Part shown: positions 40,984 through 50,977 of the stretch, piece by piece | Position numbering within the stretch: position 1 is the stretch's first letter | Layout: every line of letters starts with the position of its first letter | Origin: Spirochaetaceae bacterium | GTDB lineage: Bacteria > Myxococcota_A > UBA9160 > UBA4427 | Length of the DNA: 64,000 nt | Direction: 5' to 3' | Assembly: GCA_020632655.1 (NCBI GenBank) | Contig: JACKFD010000009.1 | Span: 6,945-70,944 of the forward strand | Made by a program: the position numbers and the translations under genes | The notes under the pieces: generated by a model | Told to the model about the DNA's origin: nothing | Seen by the model: only the letters and a program-made list of their open reading frames with translations | Database searches by the model: none

Positions 40984-43050
40984 TTGATGGCGGGAGGGGC
41001 GTGGGTCGCCTGGATGGCAGCGGGAGCGGTCCTGGCCTCGGCGGCGCGGGGCCTCGGGCGCCGACGCGGGACCGCGGCGATGGCCGCCGGGCCGCCGGAG
41101 GTGAGCGATCGGGCGCCTGCGAGTGCGGCCGATCCCCGCTTTGCGGCCCTGGTGGAGGGCACCCGGGAGATCATCTTCGAGATCCGCGAGGATGGCCGCG
41201 TCGCGAGCGCCTTCGGCACGGCCCATACCGGCTGGTCCACCGAGCAGGTCCTCGGCCTCTCGGCCTTCGACTTCGCGCACCCCGAGGACGCGGCCGCCAT
41301 GCGCGAGGCGCTGACGGCCTTCGTCGACCGGGGCGATGCGCGGCCGCGCGAGGTGCGCGGCCTCCACGCGGACGGCGTGTATCGCTGGTACGAGCTCCGA
41401 GCGGCCCGCTACACGACGCCCGACGGCGAGCCCCGCGTGCTCGTGATGGGCCAGGACATCGAAGAGCGGAAGCAGGCCGAGCTCGCCCTGCGTGAGAGCG
41501 AGCAGCGCTTCCGATCCCTGGTCGATCAGTCGCCCTTCGGCGTGCTGATCGTCGACGGCCAGCTGAACGTCGTCGCCGCAAACCGGGCTTATGCCGAGCT
41601 CGTTGGCGCCGGATCCGTCGAGACACTCGGTCCGCACAACCTCTGGAAGTCGCCGGCCCTCGCCGCAGTCTCGACCCACGAGCTGATCGAGCGGGTCGCT
41701 TCCGGCGAGCGGATCGTGACGGAGGTGTCCTACACGAGCCTCTTCGGCAAGCAGGTCGATGTCCGCGCGCACATCGCACCGCTCTCGGACGAGCGCGGTC
41801 AGGTCGTCGGCGCGCAGCTCCTCTTCGAGGACGTCTCCGCCAGCCGGGCGCTCGAGGACCAGCTCCGCCAGTCCCAGAAGATGGAGGCGGTCGGTCGCCT
41901 GGCCGGCGGCATCGCCCACGACTTCAACAACTACCTGACCGTCATCCTCGGATGCGGCGAAGCGATTCGCGAAGACAGCCCGCCGGGCAGCGAGATCCAC
42001 GAGGCCTCCGACCAGATCGTCGAGGCGGCGGAGCGCTCGGCGGCGCTGACCCGGCAGCTGCTCGCCTTCAGCCGCCGACAGGTGACGCGGCCCGAAGTCG
42101 TCGACCTCGGGGACATCGTCTCCCGGCTCGAACCGATCCTCCGGCGCGTGCTCGGCGACGGGATCGCGCTGCGCTGCGAGGTCCGACCGGGTCGTCCGTC
42201 GATCTGGGCTGATCCATCGCTGCTCGAGCAGGTCCTGATGAACCTCACGGCCAACGCGCGCGATGCGATGGCGCAGGGCGGATGCCTCGAGATCGTCGTC
42301 TCTCCGGCGCCGTCGACCGAGGCGGAGGCCGGAGGGAGCCGACCGGCGGTGATGCTGGAGGTGCGGGACGAGGGCGTCGGCATGGAGCCTGCGACGCGCG
42401 CACGCATCTTCGAGCCCTTCTTCACGACCAAGCCCGAATCTCTCGGCACGGGGCTCGGCCTGTCGACCGTCTACGGCATCGTGCGGCAGCTCGGCGGTTC
42501 GATCGAGGTCGAGAGCGAGCCGGGTCGGGGAAGCAGGTTCCGGATCTCGATTCCGGAATGCGACGAAGAGCGCGTGCTCGCTGCGCGTACCGGTCGCATC
42601 CCCCAGCCGGATCTGGGCGGCAACGAGCGCATCCTGCTGGTCGAGGACGAGGCGACGATCCGGGGACTCGCCGCCGACGTGCTTCGGCGCGGGGGCTACG
42701 CGGTCGTCGAGGCGGTGGATGGCTGTGATGCGCTGGATCGCCTGCGCAAGGACCGGACGCGCTTCGACCTCGTCCTGACCGACGTGCTGATGCCCCGGAT
42801 GAACGGGGTCGAGCTCGCGCGTGCCTTGCGGACGGAGGAGCCGGAGCTGCCCGTGCTCTTCATGTCGGGTTATGCGGAGGCGATGCTCGAGCAGGACGGC
42901 GGTCTCCCCCGCGACGTCGATCTCCTGCAGAAGCCCTTCTCGCCGCGCAGTCTCCGCGCTCGGGTGCGCGCCGTGCTCGATCGGAAGGCGGAGCCCGCCG
43001 CCGGGTCCCCTGCCTCGGAGGCCGCATCCGGATCGGGCGCCGACGCCTGA
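40984..43050 (+). CDS. PAS-domain hybrid sensor histidine kinase / response regulator
   Basis: Two PAS regions ('[22 protein letters not shown]'). The H-box is '[22 protein letters not shown]'. HATPase motifs are '[10 protein letters not shown]', 'DEGVGM' and '[11 protein letters not shown]'. The receiver is '[11 protein letters not shown]...[14 protein letters not shown]'. The start could be TTG 40984 or ATG 40987. Confidence 0.9.
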   Translation: MMAGGAWVAWMAAGAVLASAARGLGRRRGTAAMAAGPPEVSDRAPASAADPRFAALVEGTREIIFEIREDGRVASAFGTAHTGWSTEQVLGLSAFDFAHPEDAAAMREALTAFVDRGDARPREVRGLHADGVYRWYELRAARYTTPDGEPRVLVMGQDIEERKQAELALRESEQRFRSLVDQSPFGVLIVDGQLNVVAANRAYAELVGAGSVETLGPHNLWKSPALAAVSTHELIERVASGERIVTEVSYTSLFGKQVDVRAHIAPLSDERGQVVGAQLLFEDVSASRALEDQLRQSQKMEAVGRLAGGIAHDFNNYLTVILGCGEAIREDSPPGSEIHEASDQIVEAAERSAALTRQLLAFSRRQVTRPEVVDLGDIVSRLEPILRRVLGDGIALRCEVRPGRPSIWADPSLLEQVLMNLTANARDAMAQGGCLEIVVSPAPSTEAEAGGSRPAVMLEVRDEGVGMEPATRARIFEPFFTTKPESLGTGLGLSTVYGIVRQLGGSIEVESEPGRGSRFRISIPECDEERVLAARTGRIPQPDLGGNERILLVEDEATIRGLAADVLRRGGYAVVEAVDGCDALDRLRKDRTRFDLVLTDVLMPRMNGVELARALRTEEPELPVLFMSGYAEAMLEQDGGLPRDVDLLQKPFSPRSLRARVRAVLDRKAEPAAGSPASEAASGSGADA

Positions 43051-43276
43051 ACGCGTCGCCACCGAGCCCTCATGCCACGCACGCGTGGCGTTCCGTCCCG
43101 CTGCCCGCGTGGTGCAACCGGGCCCGTCCTCCGGCAAATACACCAGATTGCGACGGTCGGCGCCTTCGCACGAAGGCTGCTCGTGACCGCAGACGAAGAG
43201 CCCTTCGGAGCACCCCATCCCTCCGACCGGCGGCCGGTCTCGGAAGGGGCGGGCACGATCGAATGGGAGCGGGGAG

Positions 43277-43660
43277 ATGACCGTCCTGGCCTGGAGCGAC
43301 GCCTTCGATGTGGGCGTCGACAAGATGAACGAGGAGCATCAGCGGCTGATCGATCTGATGAATCGACTGCACGACCTCTACGAGGGCGACGCGAGTCGAT
43401 CCGAGCAGAAGAAGACCTTCGACGAGCTCGCGAAGTACACCGTCAAGCACTTCGCCGACGAGGAGGCCTACATGGAGTCGATCGAGTGGCCCGGTCTCGT
43501 CACCCATCGCCACATCCACGCCAAGCTGCTCGACGACCTTGGCACGCACAAGGCGGCCTTCGACAAGGGCGGCGAGCTCTCCTCGAAGCTCTTCTCGTTC
43601 CTCAAGATCTGGCTGAAGGCGCACATCCAGGGCATCGATCGGAAATACGGCGGGCGCTGA
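43277..43660 (+). CDS. Bacteriohemerythrin (hemerythrin-like metal-binding protein)
   Basis: 'LAWSDAFDVGVDKMNEEHQRLIDLMN...HFADEEAYM......THRHIHAKL....LKIWLKAHIQGIDRKY' contains the H-HxxxE-H-HxxxxD diiron ligand pattern. Confidence 0.88.
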   Translation: MTVLAWSDAFDVGVDKMNEEHQRLIDLMNRLHDLYEGDASRSEQKKTFDELAKYTVKHFADEEAYMESIEWPGLVTHRHIHAKLLDDLGTHKAAFDKGGELSSKLFSFLKIWLKAHIQGIDRKYGGR

Positions 43661-43964
43661 GCCCGCACGGGGACTCCCGCCCGCGTCGGGGCCGACGGGT
43701 CGAGCGGTCGCGCACGGCTCGTCCGGACGCCCTTGCCCGGCCGCCGGCCGACCTGGATCGATCGCAACGATCACGCGAGAATCCGGATGGTTGTGAGCCT
43801 TGTCTCAGACGGCGCTCGAGGTTCGGTCGGCTCATCTCCGTGGCGATTGGCGCAGGAGCGGATGGCCCCGTAGCGTCTGCCGGGCGCGGCCCGCGACGTC
43901 GCATCGACGTCGGCGCGCCGGGCGCAGAGCGCGGCCCCGATGGGCGAGCGCCGGGAGTCCCGCC

Positions 43965-45032
43965 ATGTCGAGCCAGCGCGTGATCGATACCGACGGCCAC
44001 TTCGACGAGCCGGAGGACGTCTGGCCGGACCTTCTCCCGGCGCGCTACCGCGAGATGGCACCGCGCTTCGTCGTCGACAACCAGGGGCGCTACCGACAGC
44101 TCGTCGGCGGTCGCCTCAAGCCCTACATCCCCTTCCCGCCCGGCGCGAAGCCCGGAGGCATGTCGCCGGGTGGTCGCGATCCGAAGGTCCGACTGGCGGA
44201 CATGGATCGCGAGGGGATCGACGTGATGATGATGTACCCGACGACGGGACTCTTCTTCTACGGCATTCCCGAGCTCGACGTGACCGTTGCCCTGTGTCGC
44301 GCGTACAACGACTGGGCGCACGCGTTCTGCAGCGCCAGCCCCGAGCGTCTGATCGCCCCCGTGCTCGTGCCCCAGATGGACGTCGGCGCTTCCCTCGCCG
44401 AGCTGCGCCGCGGCGTCGAGGAGCTCGGCCAGCGCGGCGCCGTCCTGCGCCCCAATCCCGTCGGCGGGCGCACCCTCGACGACCCGGCCCTCGACCCGCT
44501 CTGGAGTCTGCTCGAGGAGCTCGACGTCCCCGTCGTGCTGCACGAGGGAACGACCCAGGACGTGCCCCAGGTCGGTCGGGACCGCTACGACAACTTCCTC
44601 TTCCGTCACATGCTGAGCCACGCCTTCGAGCAGCAGATGGGGCTGCTCAGCCTGATCTGCGGGGGCGTCCTCGAACGACATCCCGGCCTCCGCGTGCTGA
44701 TCGTCGAGGCCGGTGTCGGCTGGGTGCCCTACTGGCTCGATCGGATGGACCACCACGTCGAGAAGTGGGGCTTCGCGAGCCTGGCGCTGCCGCTCACGCC
44801 GACCGAGTACTTCCAGCGACAATGTTTCGTGTCGGCGGACTCCGACGAGAGCCTGCTGCCTTTCGTGGTCGACGCGATCGGCGACGGCAACGTCTGCTTC
44901 TCGACCGACTACCCGCATCCCGATCACGCCTTCGAGGGCATCGTCGCGGAGCTCACGTCGCGCAGCGACCTCTCCGAGACGACCAAGCGTCGGATCCTCT
45001 GCGACAACGCCGAGCGCCTGCTCGGCCGCTGA
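43965..45032 (+). CDS. Amidohydrolase_2 (ACMSD/metal-dependent hydrolase/decarboxylase) family protein
   Basis: This is the tail of track ORF 43800..45032, with ATG 43965. 'VIDTDGHFDEP', 'RLADMDREGIDV', 'VPVVLHEG', 'FSTDYPHPD'. Confidence 0.85.
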   Translation: MSSQRVIDTDGHFDEPEDVWPDLLPARYREMAPRFVVDNQGRYRQLVGGRLKPYIPFPPGAKPGGMSPGGRDPKVRLADMDREGIDVMMMYPTTGLFFYGIPELDVTVALCRAYNDWAHAFCSASPERLIAPVLVPQMDVGASLAELRRGVEELGQRGAVLRPNPVGGRTLDDPALDPLWSLLEELDVPVVLHEGTTQDVPQVGRDRYDNFLFRHMLSHAFEQQMGLLSLICGGVLERHPGLRVLIVEAGVGWVPYWLDRMDHHVEKWGFASLALPLTPTEYFQRQCFVSADSDESLLPFVVDAIGDGNVCFSTDYPHPDHAFEGIVAELTSRSDLSETTKRRILCDNAERLLGR

Positions 45033-45128
45033 GGCCGCGCCCGCCACGATCCCCGCAACGGCTGGATCGCGCATCACATCGTCCTGCCCGCGACCCCGAT
45101 ACGCTGCCGCGCCGGGAGGGTCGAGGGG

Positions 45129-46691
45129 ATGCGGACGTTCGTCCGACGGGTCGCGGGCCGGACCCGGGTGCTGGGAGTCGGGATCGCGGTTGCGGGTCTG
45201 CTCGCCGAGCCGGTGGCGGGACAGAGCCCGTCCTGCGACCTCTGGGATGCGGATCGCGACGGGGTCGTCGAGGTCGCCGACGTCGGTGGGCTGATCGCCC
45301 TTCGCGTGCGCGTACGCAGCTGTCGCTCGGTCGACTTCTCGGCGGCTGCGGAGTGTCGGGCGCTCGACCTGGCGCAGGACGGTCGCCTCGATGTGCTCGA
45401 CACGATCGTGCTCCAAGCGCGGCTGCAGAGCGTCTGGCCCTGTCTGAGCAGCGGAGCCATTCGGCCTCTGCCGCCGGGCTGTGTGTCGCTCGACAGCGAC
45501 TTCGACGGGCTGCTGACGGCAAGCGACGTCGCCTACCTGACGACACTCAGCGCGCGCTGGCCCGCGTGCGCGTCGGTCGATCTGAGCAGTCTGGCCTGCC
45601 AGGACGCGGACCTGGATGGCGACCAGCGCGTCTCGACCGCGGACGCGACGATCGCCGAGGGCCTCGTGAGCGACTTCGGTCGCTGCGTCGGGCAGCGAAC
45701 GACCGCGACCGCGGGGCTGTGGGTCGATCGCGAGAGGCTCTCGGAGCGTCCGACCGACGGACCCGGCTGGTCCGCGCTCTATGCCGAGGCGAGCGAGCCG
45801 CAACGCGTGCCCGATCTTTCGAATCAGGACGATCCGGCCAATACGCGCACACTGGCGAAGGCCCTGGTCGGCGTCCGTCTGGGTCGTGAGGATCTCGTCG
45901 ACGAGGTGCATCGCGCACTGCGCGAGGTCACCTACGGTGGAAGCGAGGCCGGCGCCGACACGCTCGCCCTCGGCCGCGAGGTCGCTGCCTACGTCTTCGC
46001 CGCCGATCTGATCGATCTCGCTTCCCTCGACCCGGCGCTCGACGCCGACTTCCGGACCTGGCTGGACGTCCTTCGGCGGCGGGACTTCTCCGGAAGGACC
46101 CTGATCTCGACCCACGAGGACCGACCGAACAACTGGGGCACGCATGCCGGGGCGACCCGCGTCGCGATCGCCCTCTACCTGGGCGACGAAGGGGACCTGG
46201 CGGCCGCGGTCGAGGTCCATCGTGCCTGGCTCGGCGAGGCCTCGTCGCACGTCGGCTTCCGCTACGGATCCCTGGACTGGCAGCCCGACCCCTTGCGTCC
46301 CGTCGCGATCGGGCCGCGAGGCGCGCGCCGCGACGGTCTCGATCTCGACGGCGCTCTGCCCGAGGAGATGCGTCGCGGCGGCGGGCTCAGCGATCCGCCC
46401 GTCCATACGGGCTACGTCTGGGAGGCGCTGCAGGGCGCTGTCGTGACGACGGAGCTGCTGGCCCGGCACGGATATCCCGACGCCTGGCATTGGGGCGACG
46501 ACGCACTCGTGCGGGCGCTCGCCTGGCTCGCGCGGACCGATGCTCGATACGGCGGCTGGTGGGCGACCGGGGACGATCCCTGGATCGTCTGGCTGGTCGA
46601 TCGCGCGACCGGGTCGGCATTCCTCGCGCCCGCCGGCGGTCGTCCCGGGAAGAACGCGGGCTTCACGGAGTGGACCCACGCCCCACGCTAG
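45129..46691 (+). CDS. Secreted protein: four Cys-bracketed dockerin/EF-hand-like repeats fused to an alginate-lyase-like (alpha/alpha toroid) domain
   Basis: The signal is 'RVLGVGIAVAGLLAEPVAG'. The repeats are 'CDLWDADRDGVVEVADV...C', 'CRALDLAQDGRLDVLDT...C', 'CVSLDSDFDGLLTASDV...C' and 'CQDADLDGDQRVSTADA...C'. The C-terminal 'HEDRPNNWGTHAGATRVAIALYLGD' resembles the alginate-lyase (PF05426-type) NNH/W region (from memory). Confidence 0.55.
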   Translation: MRTFVRRVAGRTRVLGVGIAVAGLLAEPVAGQSPSCDLWDADRDGVVEVADVGGLIALRVRVRSCRSVDFSAAAECRALDLAQDGRLDVLDTIVLQARLQSVWPCLSSGAIRPLPPGCVSLDSDFDGLLTASDVAYLTTLSARWPACASVDLSSLACQDADLDGDQRVSTADATIAEGLVSDFGRCVGQRTTATAGLWVDRERLSERPTDGPGWSALYAEASEPQRVPDLSNQDDPANTRTLAKALVGVRLGREDLVDEVHRALREVTYGGSEAGADTLALGREVAAYVFAADLIDLASLDPALDADFRTWLDVLRRRDFSGRTLISTHEDRPNNWGTHAGATRVAIALYLGDEGDLAAAVEVHRAWLGEASSHVGFRYGSLDWQPDPLRPVAIGPRGARRDGLDLDGALPEEMRRGGGLSDPPVHTGYVWEALQGAVVTTELLARHGYPDAWHWGDDALVRALAWLARTDARYGGWWATGDDPWIVWLVDRATGSAFLAPAGGRPGKNAGFTEWTHAPR

Positions 46692-46733
46692 AAGGCGCGA
46701 GCTCGGGCGCCGCTCGCACTGGCCCCCCTTCTT

Positions 46734-47825
46734 TCAGGGAAAGAGCCGGATCGAGGCTCCGGGCGGCGGCGCGTATCGCCGGGCGGGGCGCGCGGGCCTC
46801 GTCCGGCGACTCGCCGGCGCGGACGCCGCGCCGCTCGCGAGGGTCTCCTCCTCGTCGTCGCCCGTCCAGGCCGGGCTCGCCGGCCCCGGCGGCGCGGGCG
46901 ACTCGGCCGCGGACGGGCTCGCACCCGGCGGCTCGGGACGGGCCATCGCCGCGAGGGCCATCAGCGCGCTCGGCCCCGTTCGGCGTACGTAGGCCGGCGG
47001 CGGCTCGAAGCGATCGGCGTCGTACGCCTCGCGAGTGACGCGCCGCAGGAGGATCGCGCTGCGCGGACGCCCGTCCACCCGGCGCTCGAAGCGCAGCGGC
47101 AATCCGTCGAATTGCGAGATCAGGTCGAGTGGCTGATCGGGCACGAGCTCGAGGGGCGTATTCCCCGGCGTCCCCATCGCATCGCGCTGGAAGTTCGCGA
47201 GCACGCGGAAGACCTCGAAGTCCGAGGGCTCGAGTCCGATCTGCTCCCACGAAGCGATGCACGCCTCGCCCAGCAGCCGCTCGGCGCGATGCAGCGCCAC
47301 GCGCTCGCAGGCGAATCCCGAGAACTCGTCGCGCACCCCGGATCGCGTGACGACGACCGGCTCCTCGATGCGATCGACCTCCTGACGCGAGACGCCGAGC
47401 ATGCGCTCGAGGGCCTTGCGCTGGTCGCTCGGCAGGCCCGCGAGCTGCGAGGAGGCCTCGTGGCGTGCCCGGCGATGCGACTCCGAGAGCCGCGCGAGCA
47501 GGTCCCGCTCGACGTCGACGTAGCTGCGGGTGCGGTCGGAGATCCCGTAGAGGCGGTCGCGATCCCCCCGGAAGAGCAGCGCGGCCCCGGGATCGACGGC
47601 GCCGGGACTGCGTTGCTCGATCCGCACGCGGCGGCCGGCGCTCCAGATCGTCGCCTCGAGGATCGGCTGCGCCTCGCCGTGCTCGAAGAACTCGAGCTCG
47701 AAGCGCAGCGTCTCCTCCGCACGGACGGCACTCGCCATGAGCAGCGCGAGGAGGACGAGGAGGCAGAGCGGGACGAATCGCGCTCCCGCCGTGGCGCGCC
47801 GCAGCGCGCGGGATCGGATCGACAT
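46734..47825 (-). CDS. Secreted hypothetical protein (DUF4412-like beta-rich domain) with a low-complexity Pro/Ala/Ser tail
   Basis: The signal is 'FVPLCLLVLLALLMASAVRAEE'. 'LRFELEFFEHGEAQPILEATIWSAGRRVRIEQ'. The C-terminal ~90 aa are low-complexity, so the real extent is uncertain. Confidence 0.5.
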   Translation of the reverse strand: MSIRSRALRRATAGARFVPLCLLVLLALLMASAVRAEETLRFELEFFEHGEAQPILEATIWSAGRRVRIEQRSPGAVDPGAALLFRGDRDRLYGISDRTRSYVDVERDLLARLSESHRRARHEASSQLAGLPSDQRKALERMLGVSRQEVDRIEEPVVVTRSGVRDEFSGFACERVALHRAERLLGEACIASWEQIGLEPSDFEVFRVLANFQRDAMGTPGNTPLELVPDQPLDLISQFDGLPLRFERRVDGRPRSAILLRRVTREAYDADRFEPPPAYVRRTGPSALMALAAMARPEPPGASPSAAESPAPPGPASPAWTGDDEEETLASGAASAPASRRTRPARPARRYAPPPGASIRLFP

Positions 47826-47973
47826 CGAGGGTCTCCGGTTCGGCCGCGGGGCGTGCTGCGGCGTGGACCGGAGACCCGGATCGGGAGAAGACCCGGATGA
47901 ATTGAACCGGGAGAGTCGATTTCAAACAGGAGCGGACCGGATCCGCTGGGAGCGGAGCGGGCTGCGGAGCGCG

Positions 47974-48393
47974 CTAGGCGTTTCCGGCTCCGGGACCGCT
48001 CACCTCGGGCGTGTCGCCGTGGGTCTCGAGGATCTCGACGAGGTAGCCGTCGGGGTCGCGCACGAAGGCGGCCGTGACGGGCCAATGCTCGAGGCGCTCG
48101 GGCGCCGACACGGACTCGGCGCCGGCCTCCATGCAGCGCGCGTAGAGACCTTCGCAGTCGTCCGTGTCGAGATAGAGCTTCCAGAAGCCGTTGCCGTGCT
48201 CGATCGGGCCCTTCTGGTTGCGATGCCAGGCGAGCTGGATGCGATGGCCGCTCTCGCCGGCGAGGATCACCTCGCGGAACTCCGGCGTCTCGACCCGATG
48301 CGTGATGCGCAGGCCGATCGCCTTCTCGTAGAAATCGACGCTGCGCTGCAGGTCGGAGACGTTGATGCAGTACTGGTCGATGCTGACCTTCAC
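47974..48393 (-). CDS. VOC family protein (lactoylglutathione-lyase-like)
   Basis: 'INVSDLQRSVDFYEKAIGLRI' ... 'FVRDPDGYLVEILE'. Confidence 0.85.
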   Translation of the reverse strand: MKVSIDQYCINVSDLQRSVDFYEKAIGLRITHRVETPEFREVILAGESGHRIQLAWHRNQKGPIEHGNGFWKLYLDTDDCEGLYARCMEAGAESVSAPERLEHWPVTAAFVRDPDGYLVEILETHGDTPEVSGPGAGNA

Positions 48394-48419
48394 GGGGACT
48401 CCTCGGCTCGGGGCGGAAA

Positions 48420-49643
48420 TCAGACCTGCTCGCGGGGCTTCTGGAAGAGCGCCTTCTCGGGGCCGATCCGAGCCGCCAGCGGCGCGAGCTTCTCGACGTC
48501 GAGGCCGTAGAAGCCGACGGCGTTCATGCCGAGCATCGCCTCGAGCTCCGCGTCCGGCAGGCCGTGGAGCGAGTCGAGCTGCTGCTTCCGGGTGACGGGC
48601 CAGCTGCCCTCGGGATGCGGATAGTCACTGCCCCACATCATGTTCCCGACGCCGATCGCATGGCGCAGCTCGGCCTCACGCCGGGACATGCAGGAGGCGC
48701 CGATCATCACGTTCTTGCGGAAGGTCTCGACGGGAGACTCGGCGAGGTGACCACGGAAGTCGCCCAGCTTCTGGGATTCCCGGGACTCCCGGTAGTGGAA
48801 CTCCAGGCGCTCGACGTAGTCCGGCACCCAGGCCGAGGTGCCTTCCGTGAGCGCGACCTTGAGCCTCGGAAAGCGCGTGAAGACGCCCCCCCAGAGCATG
48901 AAGGTCAGCGGTCGGGTCAGCCAGACATGGACCTCCATCAGGTACGCACCGACCGCGCCCGGCGGCACGCGCCCGTCCTCGCCCGGCGGCAGCGGACCGA
49001 AGAACTGCTCCATCGGCGCGGGGCCCGAGTGGAAGTGGATCGGCATGTCGAGCTCCTGACACACCGCCCAGAACGGGTCGTATTTCGGATGGTGATAGGC
49101 GTCGAAGTCGCCCCACATCGGCGGCAGCAGCACGCCGGCGAGGCCGTTCTTCTTGGCCTCCCGCGTCTTCGCGACCGCGAGGTCGACGTCCCAGTAGACG
49201 GGGATGCAGGCGAGTCCGATCCGTCGCTCGGGCGCCGTCTGCACGAACTCCGTGATGAAGCGGTTGTGCGCGTCGCAGCCCGCCCACATCAGCTCGGCGC
49301 TTGCGCCTTCCGGACGCATCGTGAAGCCCGCGCCGAAGGGCGGCGAGTTCATTTCGGTCACGCCGTCCGGGAAGAGCACCTCGGCGACGATGCCGTCCTC
49401 GTCGAGCACCTTGTCCCGCGCGGTCGGGTCCCAGGCGCCGGCGAGCTCGGCATCGCGGCCGCGGCGCCAGTCCTCGTTGATCTCCGTGATGAGGAAGTAG
49501 TCGCTCATCCGCGAGGTCGCCTCGATCTGGATCGGCAGCGCCTCGTCGAAGGCCTTGCGGTACTTCGGGTCGACGTAGGGTCGGTAGTCCGCCGCGTGGA
49601 GGCCGGCATGACCGTCGGACGAGATGACGAGGTAGCGATCCAT
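48420..49643 (-). CDS. Amidohydrolase_2 family protein (paralog A)
   Basis: This is the tail of track ORF 48420..51062, with ATG 49643. 'MDRYLVISSDGHAG', 'DEDGIVAEVLFP', 'MPIHFHSG', 'MWGSDYPHPEG'. Confidence 0.85.
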   Translation of the reverse strand: MDRYLVISSDGHAGLHAADYRPYVDPKYRKAFDEALPIQIEATSRMSDYFLITEINEDWRRGRDAELAGAWDPTARDKVLDEDGIVAEVLFPDGVTEMNSPPFGAGFTMRPEGASAELMWAGCDAHNRFITEFVQTAPERRIGLACIPVYWDVDLAVAKTREAKKNGLAGVLLPPMWGDFDAYHHPKYDPFWAVCQELDMPIHFHSGPAPMEQFFGPLPPGEDGRVPPGAVGAYLMEVHVWLTRPLTFMLWGGVFTRFPRLKVALTEGTSAWVPDYVERLEFHYRESRESQKLGDFRGHLAESPVETFRKNVMIGASCMSRREAELRHAIGVGNMMWGSDYPHPEGSWPVTRKQQLDSLHGLPDAELEAMLGMNAVGFYGLDVEKLAPLAARIGPEKALFQKPREQV

Positions 49644-49684
49644 GGCTGTCTCCTGATTCCTGGTGGGCAGCGGTCGGGCGCGGA

Positions 49685-50953
49685 TCAGGCCTGTCCGCGG
49701 ATCTCCGCGATCGTCGGCCCGATCTCGGCCGCGACGGGACGAAGTGCTTCGACGTCGAAGCCGTAGATCCGCGCGGCATTGAGTCCGAGGATGTCCCGGA
49801 TCTCCTGCTCGGGGTAGTCGCCGAAGGTCTCGGTCAGGGCCTTCATCGTATTCGGCCAGGTGCCCTCGAGATGCGGGTAATCCGAGCCCCACATGATCTT
49901 CTCGACGCCGAGCTCGTGCCGGAAGCGCGCCTCGTGCGGCTTGAGGAACGAGGCGCCGAGATAGCAGTTCTGCTGGAAGTAGCCCGTCGGCCCGAGCGAG
50001 AGACCGCGGGTGAAGTGCTTGAAGATCGGATCCTGGGCCTTGAACTCCAGCACCCGCAGCTTCTCGAGCACCCAGCCGATCCCGGCCTCGGTCAGTACGT
50101 ACTTGAGCTTCGGATGCCGCTCGAAGACGCCCGACCACATCATCGCCGTGAAGGGTCGCTGGGCCCACATGTCGACCTCGCTGATGAACATCGCCGTCGC
50201 GCACTCGACGTCGCCGTAGTCCGGCGACCAGCCCGAATGCGTCTGGATCGGCATGTCGAGCTCCTCGCAGACGGCCCAGAGCGGCTCGTAGCGCGGATGG
50301 TGGTAGAAGGGATGCTCGCCCGTGCTGGTCGGGAGCAGCACGCCGCCCCAGAGCCCCCACGCCTTCGCGTCGCGGATCTCCTGGACCGTCGTGTCGATGT
50401 CGTCGACGTTGACGAGCGCGACGCCCGCCATGCGCGCCGGATTCGCCTTGCACAGGTCCGCCAGCCAGCGGTTGTAGGCCCGGCAGCCCGCGAGGTTCAG
50501 CTCCGGCGTCACGGCGTGCCGGTACTGCATCAGGCCCGCGCCGAAGGGCGCCATCTGCGGAAAGATCACCTCCCCCGCCGTGCCGTCGTCGTCGAGCTCC
50601 TTCATGCGCACGATCGGATCCCACTCGCCCCGCCGCGGCGCGAAGGGATTCGTCGGATCCGCGAGCATCGCGATCAGGTCCTTGTCGCTCGCCGCGAGCA
50701 TCGGATTCTCGAGCGTCTCGCGCCGGTAGCGCCCCGCGTCCCCCGCCTTCGCGTCGTAGGCCTCGACCGCCTCCTGATCGAAGAAGGTCCCGACCCGGCT
50801 CATCATCTCGCGCGTGTACTGCACCCACCAGGCGTTGGCGGCATCGTGGTACTTCGCGGGCATGTAGTCGTTGTACTGCGAGGGCAGCGTCCCGGCGTGG
50901 CAGTCGGAGCTGATGATGAGGACGCGCTCGTCGCCGTTCTCGTTCGCGTGCAT
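49685..50953 (-). CDS. Amidohydrolase_2 family protein (paralog B, tandem to A)
   Basis: 'VLIISSDCHAG', 'DDDGTAGEVIFP', 'MPIQTHSG', 'MWGSDYPHLEG'. It is collinear with paralog A. Confidence 0.85.
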   Translation of the reverse strand: MHANENGDERVLIISSDCHAGTLPSQYNDYMPAKYHDAANAWWVQYTREMMSRVGTFFDQEAVEAYDAKAGDAGRYRRETLENPMLAASDKDLIAMLADPTNPFAPRRGEWDPIVRMKELDDDGTAGEVIFPQMAPFGAGLMQYRHAVTPELNLAGCRAYNRWLADLCKANPARMAGVALVNVDDIDTTVQEIRDAKAWGLWGGVLLPTSTGEHPFYHHPRYEPLWAVCEELDMPIQTHSGWSPDYGDVECATAMFISEVDMWAQRPFTAMMWSGVFERHPKLKYVLTEAGIGWVLEKLRVLEFKAQDPIFKHFTRGLSLGPTGYFQQNCYLGASFLKPHEARFRHELGVEKIMWGSDYPHLEGTWPNTMKALTETFGDYPEQEIRDILGLNAARIYGFDVEALRPVAAEIGPTIAEIRGQA

Positions 50954-50977
50954 GCAAGGATCTCCTGGAGCTACGGG

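Noticed and set aside
43669-43960. 10-bp inverted repeat (GGGACTCCCG / CGGGAGTCCC) flanking the hemerythrin-amidohydrolase spacer
   Set aside because: A 10-bp G+C-rich inverted match within about 300 bp is not significant. There are no terminal-repeat-like features and no ORF between the copies.
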